DNA from: Eledone cirrhosa | Lineage: Eukaryota | Length of the DNA: 64,000 bases | Direction: 5' to 3' | Assembly (NCBI GenBank): GCA_964016885.1 | Contig: OZ024743.1 | Coordinates: forward strand, 368,404,001-368,468,000 | Part shown: one piece after another, positions 1 through 13,866 of the stretch | Numbering within the stretch: the stretch's first letter is position 1 | How the letters are laid out: each line of letters begins with the position of its first letter | The notes under the pieces: model-generated | The model's database searches: none | The model's input: the letters and a program-made list of their open reading frames with translations, nothing else | Told to the model about the DNA's origin: nothing | Translations under genes and position numbers: made by a program

Positions 1-2115
1 GCTTTCCAAAATCTCGACATCACTGATGTGGTCCCTCCAGTGAACGCCATGGATCCGTCTGAGACACATCTGATGGAAACGCTCCAATTGTTTAAGGTGG
101 TGTCGATATGTGACCCAGGTCTCGTAGGCATAAAGTAGAGAAGAGAGCACACGTCTTGTACACATTTACCTTTGTCTTCTTGCATGTCTCGCTGACCCCC
201 AGAGTCGCCTTTCTAGCTTTCTGAAAGCATCACTTGTTTTCCTAATCCTGAGTGGAATTTCATTATCAAGGTTGCTGTATCGATTGACAGTGCTTCCCAG
301 GTAGACAAACTGATCAATCACTCCAAGTTGTTTACCATACACATAGATATTTGGCTCACTATACTGCTTACCAGGGGCAGGTTGGTACATGACGACGGCT
401 CTCTTGAGACTGACAGTCAATCCTAGGGCAGTGCAAGCATCAGAAAATGCATTCAAAATGTGCTGCATATCACTCTCTGTGTGTGCTACAAGATCGCAAT
501 CATCTGTATACAAGAGGTCTCTTATGATTGATGTAAATACTTTTGTTTTTGCAGCAAAACGCCTGATGTTAAATATGCTGCCTGAGGTTCGATATTGGAT
601 GTAAACACCATGCTCGCAATTCCTGAATGCAATATAGAAAACCATTGCAAAGTATATGGCAAACGGGGTCGGTGCTGGAATATCCCCCTGTTTCACTCCA
701 TTTTTTACTGAGATAGGCTCCGACATGTTACCTTTGATATTAACCCAAGCCTTCATGTCGTCATGGAAAGACCTAACCAAAGCAAGGAACTTATCAGGGC
801 AACCAAGATTCTGGAGAACCTTCCACAATGCATTTCTGTTAACAGTATCAAAAGCTTTTGTCAGATCGACAAAAACCTGATACAGATCCAAACCTTGTTC
901 CATGCACTTCTCCTGGAGCTGTCTAGCTGAGAAGATCATATCAGTAGTGCCGCGTCCAGCACGAAAACCAGATTGACTTTCGGGAAGAACACAATCAGCA
1001 GGCAGTCCAGAAGCACCCTACATGAAATTTTTCCTACGACAGAAAGTAATGATATACCCTTGTAGTTTCCACAAGCATTCTTGTTACCCTTTCCTTTGTA
1101 CAAGACCACCATTACTGCATCTCCCCAGTCCTCGGGTATGGATTCAATAGCCCATATCCTGCCAAACAAAGAGTGAAGATGTTGCAGAAGTCTCTCACCA
1201 CCATATTGTAAGAGCTCTGCATGTATGCCATCCATACCTGGAGACCTTCCACTGTTCAGCTTCGAGATAGCTACTGCAACCTCCACAAGCGTCGGTGGTT
1301 CTGTAAGAGCTACTTTCACAGGATTTTCAGGAATGAGATTGAGGAAATCTTCATTGACGACAGACGGCTGATTCAAAAGTTTATCAAAGTGCTCTCGCCA
1401 CCTTCGTAGAATTCCTTGTGAGTCACAAAGAAATTCCTTACCATCCTTGTTGCGAAGCGGTGTCACCAGAGAAGACCATCCATAAACTTCATGCAAGAGA
1501 CTGTACAACAGCTTTGTGTTATTGGAATCTGGTGCAGCTTGTGTCTCATCAGCATTCTCACTCCACCACTTATCCTTCATCTGAGAAAGACTCCGCCTAA
1601 CACGTGATTTCACGTCCTTGAGTTCCTTATGCAACATATTCTTCTCCTGTGGTTTTGCTGTCAATTAGCGTGACAGCACACCTCTTATCAGCCAACAAGT
1701 CATCTATATGTTCATCATTCTCATTAAACCAGTCTTGATGTTTTCTCTGCACTAATCCCAGAAAACGCCTGCCTACATCATAAACTGACTTTTTAAGGGT
1801 CGGCCAATCCTCACCAAGATCTGCAACATGCATCTCTTCTCGCAATGTCCTCTTCAAATTTTTATCTCTAAGACAAGCAGCATTCAATCTTCTGGACAGG
1901 GTAACACGAGGAGCCCGGAATTTACGTTTAGTGATTAGTTTCACTTTTGCGTGTACCAGGCGGTGGTCCGTCCAGCACTCAGCTCCACGAAGAGCACGAA
2001 CACACTGCATATGCCATGTCACGCATCCTGACAAGGATGTAATCCAAAAGATGCCATTCCTTAGATGCAAGAGGCATCTATGTGGTCTTAAATTTGTTCT
2101 TTTGTTGGAACATGT
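1..2115 (-). mobile_element. Decayed RTE-BovB-like LINE (end of APE endonuclease, linker, RT); runs off the left window edge
   Basis: Frameshifted ORFs 1627-2199, 936-1664 and 166-939 give GAECWTDHRLV, SPGMDGIHAELL, CGNYKGISLLSVVGKI, RQLQEKC..FVDLTKAFDTV, GVKQG, LLYTDD and FVYLGS. An alternate frame near 2040-2110 reads KTT*MPLASKEWHLLDYILV. Confidence 0.9.
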
Positions 2116-2214
2116 GTTTATAGATATGTCGCGCGTGCATGCAAACATGCATTTATTTTTATTTTTTATTTTTAATAATTTTCTTGCTTGCCTGCTCAAT
2201 CAGCTACTGAACTA

Positions 2215-2526
2215 TATGGATGTATATGTACGTGTGTGTATGTACTATTGTATATATGTGTGCGTGTATATGTGTTTATATACATGTGTGTGTGTGTGTG
2301 TGCGTGTGTGTATGTATGTATATATATATATATATGTATGTATATATGTATATATATATATGTGTATATTTATGCATATGTATATATGTATATATATATG
2401 TGTATATTTATGCATATATATATATATGTGTATATGTATGTTTATATGTATGTGTGTATGTATGTATTTATATATGTATATTTATAGATATGTGTATGTA
2501 TATATAAACATGTGTATATGTACGTG
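2215..2526. repeat. (TA/TG)n compound microsatellite
   Basis: Direct reading of sequence. Confidence 0.95.
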
Positions 2527-2639
2527 TCATCATCATCATCATCATCATCAGGTTTAGTGTCCGTGTTCCACGCTTGCATGGTGTATGTATGTATGTATAT
2601 ATATATATATGTGTTTGTATATATATATGTATTGAGAGC

Positions 2640-3064
2640 TTTGGCGCTACACAGTAATAGAGAAGACCCGCCTTACCTAAGTACAAAGTGAAACCTACTA
2701 CAGTCAGTAGGCACCTCTAACAAAATACACCCCCCATCCCACTACCCCTACCCCATCCACACCACCCCTTTCAATGTAAAGTTATGTTGGTGTCACAACA
2801 TCCAGCCCGAAACAAATGAGGTCGTGTAGGTGTCATGACAAAAAAACACACAGTCCACGCTGTAATGTGGCCGTGTAGGTAACACGGTAAAAACCTCCCA
2901 GTCCCACACTGTAAATGTGGTTGGTGTTAGGAAGGGCATCCAGCTGTAGAAAACCCGCAAGACAGTCCTATGCGAGCAAGACAACCACTCTTGCCTCAAG
3001 TGGGAAAACTCCCGTCCAAACCCATGCAAGCGTGGAATATGGACGTTAAACGATGATGATGATG
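2640..3064 (+). mobile_element. 3' end/UTR of an RTE LINE with (GAT)n tail
   Basis: Matches the 3' region of the LINE at 35647-37007; ends aacccatgcaagcgtggaa..ggacgttaaacgatgatgatgatg. Confidence 0.85.
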
Positions 3065-3377
3065 TGTACATGTACGTATGTGTATGTGTGTGAGTATAAG
3101 TATATGCGTGGGTAGATGCTTATATATGTATGTGTATATTTATATATATATACACATATATATTCATTTATTTCCCCATTACATTACGTCCGTTATTTTA
3201 TTTTATATCAGCCTCGCTTTCAATTGTTCTAGACTTTCTTTTGAAATCCATATCTCACATCCGCTTTAAATAAAGTTCCATTCTGACGAACGATTTCAGA
3301 CGTCTGTGTCATGCTTCTCTGTCTTCGGTAAATGGAATAATTGTCTTATGTTGTTTATTACATAACTATATATATAT

Positions 3378-6300
3378 CATCATCATCATCATTTTACGTC
3401 CGCTTTTCCCTGCTTGCAAGGGTGGGAGGGGTCTTATTCAGCACAGCATCTCGCCACTTGTCACGGTCCTTCGTCATCTCCACCGTAAGCTTCAGCGATC
3501 TGAGGTCTGTTCTCACCACCTCCGCCCATGTTTTTCGTGGTCTTCCTCTACCACGTCTTCCTTCAACTGGCATTTCCTGGCACTTCTTCACCCATCGGCT
3601 ATCCTGCATGCGCATCACATGTCCATACCACTGCAGTCTCCTCTCTCGCACACTACATTCTATCCCTCTCAGACACAGTTTCTCTCTCAACACATCCATG
3701 CTGGGTCATTCACGCACATTGACATTGCACATCCAACGGAGCATGCTTGCCTCATTTCTCTCCAGCCGTCGCATATCCTCTGCAGTTGCTGCCCATGTCT
3801 CACTACCATGCAGCATCGCGCTCCTCACACAGGCATCATATAACCGGCCTTTCGTACACAGGGAGAAACCCTTCTTCATCAGCAGAGGAAGCAGCTTCGT
3901 AAACTTCTTCCAACCCGTCCTTATTCTAAATACTATGGCCTCGGAACACCCCCCTCTTCCCATGCTAATCTGATTGGTACCGGAAGCTATCCACTAATTC
4001 TATAGCACCCGCCTGCATTTGAAAAATGTGTCTATCAATGCGACTTCTACTGTCTAATTTCCCTGTACATCTACTGCATACATATTTCTCCCTACCTGTT
4101 AGTTTGCTTGCTATCCCACTACATCTCTTGTGTACCCAGGATCTGCATTGTGTGCATTTTATAGAATTTATGCCAGTTCCTTTTCAGCATATCGAACATG
4201 GTCATTTCCCTGACGGAATCAGAGTTTTGCCCTCTTTTCTACTCATCAACACTTTTGTCTTAGCTATGTTCACTCTCAGTCCTCTTCGTTCCAACTGCTG
4301 TTTCCATAGCCAGAATTTATTCTCTAGCTCCTCTACTGATTCTGCTATAAGAACCAGATCGTCATCATAGAGAAGTTCTCATGGACAGCCAGTCTTAAAC
4401 TACTCTGTTATGGCTTGGAGGACTATAATGAACAAGAGCGGGCTGAGGTCCGAACCTTGATGTACTCCTACTTGTATCTGGAATTCCTCACTAAACTCCA
4501 TTCCTACCCTGACTTTACTGACAGCACCTCTGTACAAAGTTTGCAATGTCCTCACAAGCCATTCCTCAACACTTAGTTTCCTTAGGGACCACCAGATGAC
4601 AGATCGGGGTACCCTATCAAAGACTAAGTATAGTAGCTTATTCTTCTCTAAGAACCTCTCTTGTAATTGTCTCACCAAGAAGAGGGCATCTGTTGTATTT
4701 TCCCAGGCACAAAACCAAACTGCATCTCATCTAGTTTGACCCTCTCTCTAATTAGTTGTGCTAATATCCTTTCTTCCACTTTCATAACCTGATCCATCAG
4801 TTTTATGCCCCTATAATTGTTCCTCTCCAGAGCATCCCCTTTACCTTTGTAGCAATTTATGAGAATACTGTATGACACCACCATATATAGCCTGATTGAT
4901 GATGCGTGCAACCAGTTTAGTGCCTACGTCCCCTGATGCCTTCAGCATCATCATCATCATCATCATCACCGTTTTACGTCCGTTCTTCCACGCTAGCATG
5001 GGTTAGACGGGTTGTCCTGTTGTGGGCAGTGTCTGGTCGGCTGACCATGCCTTGCTCATACAGGAACTGATCTGGCTTGATTTCTACAGCTGGATGCCCT
5101 TCCTAACACCAACCTCATTTACAGTGAGTGCTGGGTGCTTTTTCGTGGCGCCTACACGTCCACCTTGCGGTGGGGGGGGGGCATATTGTTTATATGCTTC
5201 AGCATGTACCCATGGGAGGTCGGGTACCCTGTATTACTGCGTGACGCCAGAAGTCACGGTCGTGTGTCATTGACTTTGAGAGGTGTAGTTGGGTAAGGTC
5301 GGCTTTTATCACCTCATCCCAAGTCATCTTGGGTCTCCCCACTCCGCGGTTTCCATCAACTTCTAGTGCTCTGCACCTTTTTATGCAGCTGTCATCCTTC
5401 ATACGCATCACATGTCCATACCATCTTAGCAACTATCTCCGACGGCCCAGCAGCCTTACCATTTTTCATTTCCTTAATCGCCTCTTGGACCCTATAATCG
5501 TCAATCTCAATATCTGGTCCTCTGTCAGATCTACTGAGGGTAATTTCTCTCTCTCCCATTCATTCTCCACATTCATCAGTCTGTCATAATGACATTTCCA
5601 GGCCTCCTTTTTCTGATCATTCATGACACTAAGTATACCAGCATCATTCCGGACACATTTATTTCCAACAACATCCTGATTTGCATTGACACACTGCCTT
5701 GCAATGTGGAACACCGCACCCCTCTGATCTTCCCGTCACAGAACATTAGCAAACCTCCTACTCCCAACCTCCCTGCGTGCTAAGTACACATGACGTCTAG
5801 CTTCTCTCTTAGCGGCTGTATATCCTTTTCTACTCCCACCCTTTTTCTAAACCTTCCATGCTAGTCTTTTGTCTCTAATGGCCCTATCTACTGTGCTGTT
5901 CCACCACCAGGTCACTCTCTGTCTGGTTGGAGCTCTGCTCCAGCCACAAGTTTCATAAGTAGCCTGTAGTAAGTTGTCAGGCAAGACATTCCAGTTATTA
6001 TCTATGTCATACGACTCTAAATCGTCTTCTTTTTTGTCATACACATCTTGAAGGGCTTTGCTAAATTCGTATTTTAGTGAAAGGTCTTTTAGCTTCCAGA
6101 CCTTTCTTCTCCACACCTTCCTGTATGTCTCATTCCATCTCTTGCTTACTTAGATATCACTAACGACTAACCTATGCTGTGGGGTACATGCCTGTCCCGC
6201 TGCCTAATTAGTAATAAGTCAATCTGGCTTATGTTCTCGCCTGATTTGTAGGTTATTAGGTGGTTGGCAGGTTTCTGGAAGTTAGTGTTGCAAATAGTCG

Positions 6301-6812
6301 GTGTACTTGCATCACAAAATTCAAGAAGTCTCACTCCTCCTTCATTTCTTGAGCCGTAACCATGCCCACCATGTACCCCAGTTAACCATCCTGGAGCTGT
6401 CCAACATGACCATTGAAGTCCCCTGCTAGCATAACGATGTCTCCGTCCTCTGTTATTGTGGCCATTTGTAAAAGTTGCTCGGTAAAGCAGTCTTTCTCTT
6501 CTTTGCTTAGGCCTGCTTGGGGAGCATAGGCCGAGATGATTGTCAGTAGTCTCCTGCCTGCAACTAATCTAAGCTTAATTATTTGATTATTAACTCGAAC
6601 TATCTCTATTGTCTTATTGATCCATCTCTCAGCCAGGAAAATGCCTACTCCCCCTAACCCATCATCCTTACCTACCCAGAATAGCTTATAACTAAGATGT
6701 TTGCCTGCGACTAGTCTCGCCTCTTGCACGCAGCACACATCCACCTGCCTTGTCCCCAGCATCTCCACTATTTCACCAGATCTACCTCTGAGAGTGCCAA
6801 CATTAAGTGTTG
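3378..6812 (-). mobile_element. Near full-length decayed RTE LINE (APE + RT + PHD-like finger), interrupted by a nested insertion at 4946-5425
   Basis: N-terminal TLNVGTLRGR..VDVCCVQE..GDFNGHVG (APE), RT motifs GVHQGSDLSPLLF and LHGSETW, C-terminal [19 protein letters not shown], and a (CAT)n tail at 3378-3392. Confidence 0.9.
4946..5425 (-). mobile_element. 5'-truncated RTE LINE 3' end nested inside another LINE
   Basis: (CAT)n tail, 3' UTR nearly identical to 62228-62588, and ORF end [18 protein letters not shown]. The host frame rejoins across the insertion (compare 13110-13150). Confidence 0.85.
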
Positions 6813-7058
6813 TGACATCTTCATATTTTTGTTGTTCCTATATATTTGTTGCTGTGCTCATAATTGTTTTGGCATTGATACACTGGTTGGATGCCCTTCC
6901 TAACACCAGTGCCACTTTACAGCATGGACTGGGTGCTTTTATTCTTGGCACCAGCACTAGAGAGGATATCTTACTGGACTCATGGGCCCTCTCTACCTCT
7001 CCATTTTACAGCATGGTCATAACAAAACAAAAAAAATCACCACTTATTGACACTCATG

Positions 7059-7101
<43 letters not shown>

Positions 7102-7289
7102 AACACTCATGCATACAAACACACATGCCACTCACACACCAACACTCATGCATACAAGCACACACATGCCACTCACACATACACATGAACACATACATAT
7201 ATTACCGTCAGTACTGATACAAGATCATGTCAACTGTTGACCTTTACAGTTCAGTTTTTATATAATAATAATAATTGTTTGCTTTACAG

Positions 7290-7388
7290 CATAGAGCAAT
7301 GGCCCTCCAGTCTCCGGGCCCAAAACAAGACACCAGCAATGCGTTGGGACAATCGCTGCTCCGTGCCAAGAACAGAATAGTTATTTAG
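7290..7388 (+). CDS. Candidate terminal coding exon of an unidentified host gene (HRAMALQSPGPKQDTSNALGQSLLRAKNRIVI*)
   Basis: Acceptor-like ttgtttgctttacag immediately upstream, GC-richer non-repetitive codon-like sequence, stop at 7386-7388, then a simple-repeat-rich UTR-like region. No homolog recognised. Confidence 0.3.
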   Translation, partial: HRAMALQSPGPKQDTSNALGQSLLRAKNRIVI

Positions 7389-7415
7389 TATTATAGTTGT
7401 TTCCTTCTTCTTCGC

Positions 7416-7592
7416 TGGTGATGGTGGTGGATGGTGTCAGTGATGGTGGTGATGGTGGTGGATGGTGTCAGTGATGGTGGTGGCAGTTGTTGTTGTAGTT
7501 GTTGCTGCTGCCGTTGTTGTTGTTCATTTCACTGATGCTGCTGCAGACAATGGTGTTGTTGTTGCTGCTGCTGTTGTTGCTGTTGTTGTAGT
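7416..7592. repeat. (GGT/GAT)n and (GTT/GCT)n trinucleotide repeats
   Basis: Direct reading. Confidence 0.85.
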
Positions 7593-7944
7593 CGCTGGGT
7601 TGAAATTTTGAAATTCGGTCGCTTCGCACGTGTGATATATACATATATATATATATATACACATATATATATATATACATACATACACACACATTCAACA
7701 CAGACAATGGTGTTGTTGTTGCAGTTGCTGTTTTTGTAGTTGTATATATATATACACACACACATATTTATATATCATCATCATTTTACGTCCGCTTTTC
7801 CTTGCTTGCAAGGGTGGGACATATATATATATATATATATGTGTACACACACACATTCAACACAGAGAAAGGAGTTAGGAGTTTGTCAGCAGGTCAGCCA
7901 CCTTAGTGTAGATAGGTAATGACTTATGTTGGCAGCATTTTTCA

Positions 7945-7975
<31 letters not shown>

Positions 7976-10275
7976 GTGTGTGCCTGCATTTATGTTTACA
8001 CTGGTTGTAAAAGCTGTTATTGTGTTTATGTACCATAACCTAGCCATTCGACAAACAGAAATCAATAAAATAAATATCAGGTCAATATGATTGACTAAAC
8101 TCTTGTAGATAGTGTTCCAGCATAGCTACTGATTATTAACAAAAAAAAAGTAAAAGATATATGTGTTTGTGTTATGTGTCCCGATATCACACAGCACTCA
8201 CTTGGTAAGGAGCTTAACACTTTTTATATCAAATTAGAAAGCTTTATTGGTTGGCAGCATTTTTCTTTCAAGATTTCTGATTGAAGGATTATTTCAGTGT
8301 TTGTAAAAAAGATTTCTCAGCCTAACAAAGTTTAAACAATTCTCTCCATTCTGTTACATTGATATAACTTTTAGAAAGTATATGGTTACATTTACTTCCC
8401 TTTATTTTCCAAATTTAAATCCAGAGAGCAGGATGATATTTATTCCAAATCTTTGCACTCCGAGTTCAACTCCAGCCAAGGTTATCTTTGCTTTCATCCT
8501 TTCAAGAAAGTACCAGTCCTGGATGGTGGATTGGTAGAATTGTTGTGTCAGACTGGAAGCCTTACAATTTTTATTCTTTTTTTTAATTTTTATTTTATTT
8601 ATTTTTCTTTTTTTAATCTTGAGCACAAATCCCATTCTAGTATGGTATACTTAATTAATCCATCAGTTAAACATCACCATCTGACCTTTGGGTTCTACTC
8701 TGTTGCCAGTATGAATACCATGTTTCTGGTTTGAAGATAACTTCCTCATTTCCTCTCATCTCTCTCAGAAACCCTGAAAATGGTCTCTTTAACCGAACCA
8801 TAAAAAAGACAATATATTTTGTTACCTTGATGTAATTTTATAAGAAAATTGTAAAATATATTTCTATTCTCTATGTGGGAATCACAATGATTTCTAAAAA
8901 AATAATACATTGTCTATGTTTATACAACTCACCACCACCATCACCCCTCTAATAGAGAAAAAAAAAGAATTATCAGTTTTTACCCATGTATATAATAAAT
9001 TGATGGCATAGTTTGCAGTTCTCTGAAACATTTTCTATATTTCATTTTATTACCAGTTTGTTTTCTACTCATATTCTTTTTGATTTAATTTTGTTTTAGC
9101 TCATGATGTATTTTCATTGTTTTCATTTATATCCCATCCCCAACATCTTTCTTCATCACGTTCTGAGCAATTTTTATGCTCTTGGCACTTTATACCATTA
9201 AAACTTCCACTAACAGAAACTAATCAAAGCGCAAAAATAATTTGGCATTTGCTTTCTTTCTTTTTTCTTTAATTGCTACAGTTGCTAGTGCAGCAAGGAA
9301 TTCTTAGCTGTTTCTTAAAAAGTAAACAAATAGGTTATTTTTACATACAGTTTGAAAAATAATTAACTGCTAAAAATTTCTCTCTATACTTGAGTTTTTC
9401 TGAAGACTTTAAAACGAACAAATCTTTCAACCATAAAATTAGTTTTAATTAACATCCAACTGAATATAAATAAACACATCTTTACATTTCACAGCATCCT
9501 TTGGGATTTTTCTTTTGAAATATTCATTTGAAATAAAATCATTAAAATTTTATAGTTGATTTTTCCAAATCTTTTTTTAAGTATGAAATTGATTGTTAAT
9601 CCTAATGGAGGCCTTATCCTTCTTCATAAAAAAAGAGAAATTAACTTCATTAATTCTTCCACTGAAGATATAAAACCACATCTAAAACTTAAATTAATTA
9701 TGGGACATAAACAGTAAATGAATTAATTTAACTGGTCTACTGGTCTTGTGTGTGTATGTGTGTGGTCAATCTTGTATAAAGTTAGTACAGTTTAGTTTCA
9801 GTTATTCTAGTTAGATTTCAATTCCCATAGACAATTAAATCTTTCTTTTGATTGAAAAACATGTAAACATGGTAAATATATTTAACCTTGGTGTTATCAT
9901 ACTACTAACAAAAAACATTGCTTGTGTGTTTCAAATAATCAATAATTTCGAGGAATTTACTAGTATAACTATCACATTATTAAGCTGGTGTTTCAAACAT
10001 AACTTAGCAAAGGTTCCTTAATAAAATTGTGATGGAAGATTTTTAGATAAATATAAACACTTTAAAATCAGTTTTGAGCAGGTTGGTATCAAAATGGTTA
10101 ATTGATTTTCAAACTATTTTGGGTTCTCATCAGAAGATATGTATGTCACATAAACATCCACAAGGTTAAACGTAACTGAGGGGTTTATATACTCTAAAAC
10201 ATATAGAATATCTTGAAATGGACATACTAATTTTCAGAAATGCTCATGTTAATAGTTATATGTGTATATATATAT

Positions 10276-11152
10276 AATGATAAGAAACGAAAGCAGCTGT
10301 GTGGTTACTAAAACCAACGTTTAGGATGGGGGTTTGGACGGAACAAGAGGAGAATAAGCGCCAAAACATCTGGATCGCGGATTACAGCTGATGAAGGATT
10401 TTTTCTTCTTTTCTCCTCTTGTTCCGTCCAAACCTCCATCCTAAACCTTGTTTTTAGTAACCACACAGCTCCTTTCGTTTCTTATCATTTTGTATTTACC
10501 GCTGTGACCCTCCTCTACCTGTTTTGTTCGATCTGTGGTCCCACCACACTTTCGCATCAACTCTTCCCTTCTCTCTTCCCTTCTCCTCCTCTCTCTCGTT
10601 CTCTCTCTCTCCCCCTCTATCCATCCGTTCGGTTTTGATTGTTGACATGTCTACACGTCGTAAAACCCCTTTTGGATTATCTCGCTTTCCCTTCTCCCTC
10701 TCACTTCCAGTTGCTCCGTGTCTCTCTCTCTCTTTTACGATGTAGTTGACACGCTAACACCGTCCTCTCGTTAGCGCATCCTACCAGACTTATGTCTACC
10801 AAGTTTGCTATAACTTGCTTATCCTATTTTTACCTGGTTACTCACTTGCATGTTCCTTTGTCCTGTGTCTCCCCACGATGGGATCTGTTCACCTGTTTTT
10901 TTACTCCTTTTTCTCTTTCTTCCTCTCTCCTCACTACCTTTCCCCCTTTGTTCTTCTTCCTCTTTTCCTTCTTTTTCCTTCTTTTTTCTCTTCTTTTCCT
11001 CCTGGCCTTTTGATTAAGAAAAGGCCTTGGGCGCACCGCGGATCGCTATAGATGTCCTGTAAATAAGCACCGAAAAATCTGGATCACGGATTACAGCGGA
11101 CGAAGGATTCTTCTTTTCTCCTCTTGTTCCATCCAAACCACCATCCTAAACC
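10276..11152 (+). mobile_element. Non-autonomous element with Penelope-type architecture (inverted arm plus partial tandem pseudo-LTRs)
   Basis: 10276-10354 is the reverse complement of 10411-10489. 10353-10447 recurs directly at 11062-11152. TA tracts flank both sides. Confidence 0.65.
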
Positions 11153-11169
11153 CTATATATATATATATA

Positions 11170-13845
11170 ATCATCATCATCTTCGTTTAACATCCATCTT
11201 CCACGCTAGCATGGGTTAGACGGAAGTTGTCCCACTTGAGGCAAGGTTGGTCGGGTGACCGTGTCTCGCTCATATAGGTCTATCTGGCAGGTTTTCTACA
11301 GCTGGATGCCATTCCTAACACCAACCACATTTACAGTGTGGAACTGGGAACTTTTTACCGTGTTATGTACACGGCCACATTACAGTGTGGACTGTGTGTT
11401 TTTTTGTCGTGACACCTACACGATCTCGATCTCATTATCTCATTTATTTGGACTGGATGTTGTGGTACCAACTTTACAAAAGAGAGGGTGGTGTTGGTGG
11501 GAGTGGGCGGAGAGAGTAGGGGTAGTGTATTGGGTTAAAAGGTGCCTACTGACTGTAGGTTTCGCTTTGTACATAGGCAGGGCGGGTCTTCTGTATTACT
11601 GCGTAGCGCCAAAGATCTCGGTCCAGTGACATTGTCTTAGAGAGGTGCAAGTGCATAAGGCTGGAATTTATCAGATCATCCCAGGTTTTTCTGGGTCTAC
11701 CTACTCCGCAACTACCATCAATTTTGATCGCCCTGAACTTTTTTATACAGCTGTCGTCTTTCATGCGCATCACGTGGCCATACCAAAGTAGTCTTCTCTC
11801 AAGTAAACAGCATCTGATCCCTCTTATTCCTAATTTCTCACTTAGTTCATTTATGCTTTGCCGTTCACGTATATTACTACTACATATCCAACGATCATGC
11901 GTGCTTCGTTCCTTTCCACTCTGTGCAGGTCCTCTGCACGTAATGCCTATGTCTCACTGCCATGTAGCATTGCTGTTCATATACAGGCATCATACAATCT
12001 GCCTTTCATTTTTAGAGAGAAACCTTTTGTGGCCAACAGCGGTATAAGCTCTCTGAACTTTTTCCATCCCGTTCTGACTCTGGCTACTGTACTTTCAGAA
12101 CACCCTCCACCACTGCTGATTTCATCACCCAGGTAACGGAAAGTGACCACTATTTCTATAGAACCATCTGGGCAATAGAAGGAGCTAGTTTCCTGTGGAC
12201 ACTTGCATCGGCCACATATAAAGTCTACGTTATTAGATAGTTTACCTGTGATCCCACTACATCTTTTATGTACCCATACTTTGAATTTGGGACATAAAAT
12301 TGAATTTCTGCCTACTCCTTTCCTACACACTGAGCAAGGCCATTTCCCTGAGGGTACCTGTGCCCTATTTTCCTTTCTACAAACTAGAACTTTAGTCTTA
12401 GACAAGTTAACTTTAAGGCCTTTTGATTCTAAGCCATACTTCCATGTTTGGAATTTCTTCTCTAGTTCAGCCATTGATTCAGCTATGAGCATTAGATCAT
12501 CTGTGTATAGGAGTTCCCATGGGCAGCCAGTCTTGAACTTCTCTGTTATAGTCTGAAGGGCAATAATAAATAGGAGGGGACTATGGACAGAGCCTTTGTG
12601 AACACCAACTGTTACACTAAATTCTTCACAATATTCATTGCTAATTTAAACCTTACTGACTGTTTCTTTATACATAGCTTGTATAGCTCTCACAAGCCAT
12701 TCATCTACACCTAGTTTTCTAAGAGCCCACCAGATAATGGAGCAGGCGACTCTGTCAAAGGCTTTCTCCAGGTCTACAAAAGCTAAGTAGTGGGGGTTTA
12801 CTTTTAGCTAGGTACTTATCCTGTAGTTGTCGTACAAGGAAAAGAGTGTCTGTGGTACTTTTACCTGACACAGACCCAAACTGCATCTCCTCTAGATCAA
12901 TTCGCTCTCTGATTAGTTGTGCTATAACTCTTTCTGTGACCTTCATGCCTTGGTCAACTAACTTAATGCCTGTATAGTTTCCCCTATCTAGGGCGTCTCC
13001 TTTACCCTTGTAGCAGTTAATGATGATGCTGCTACGCCAGTTTTTTGGTATGACCCCATTCTGTATTACTTGGTTAACTAGACGGGTGACCATAGTATGT
13101 CCCACCATTCCAGATTCCTTCAACATCTCAGCAACTATCTCCGAAGGCCCAGCTGCCTTGCCTGTCTTCATATCTTTGATTGCCTTACTTATTATACTAC
13201 CTTTAACTTGCACCGCTGGTCCTTCTATTGGATCGATTTGGGGCAGACTATCTTTTTCCCATTTATTCTCCTCATTTAATAGTCTGTCGTAGTGACACTT
13301 CCAGGATATCTTCTTATCAGTATCAGTGAGCACAAGTACAACATTATCATTACGGACACACTTCTCGCCGACAATATCACGGTTTTCCTTGACACATTGT
13401 CTAGCAATCCTGAACACCTCACGTTTTTGGTCCTCACATTGTAGAACATGCTTGAACTTTCTATCCTCTGCATCCCTTTTTGCAAGGTACACATGTCTCC
13501 TAGCTTCGCTCCTGGCCACTTGATAGTGCTCTCTACTTCCCCCATCCTGCCATACTTTCCAAGCCTGTTTTTTGGCCTTGATTGTCTCCTCCACCTTACT
13601 GTTCCACCACCAAGTTACTCTCCTCCTACCAATAGGTCTGCTCCAGCCACAGATTTCATCTGTTGCTTTCAGCAGGTTCACTTTCAAGAATTGCCACTGT
13701 TCCTCTATACTGCACGTCTCTAATTGCTCTTCCTTATTGTCAAAGGCATCAAGTAATAAGCTTTTAAATTTGTCACTGGCTATGGAGTCCTTCAACTTCC
13801 ATATTCTTCTCCTCAAGGTAGGCCTCCTCTGTCGTCGAGTATGTC
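11170..13845 (-). mobile_element. 5'-truncated decayed RTE LINE with PHD-like finger
   Basis: ORFs 12755-13816, 11977-12492 and 11546-11773 (TWWWN, YKGKGDALDRGNY, KWPCSVC..WVHKRC, FRYLG, GRPRKTW); (CAT)n tail at 11170. Confidence 0.9.
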
Positions 13846-13866
13846 TATTCTATATATATATATATA

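Noticed and set aside
7468-7765. Poly-Q/poly-N ORFs on the minus strand
   Set aside because: They derive from trinucleotide and dinucleotide repeats; the start codons lie within a microsatellite.
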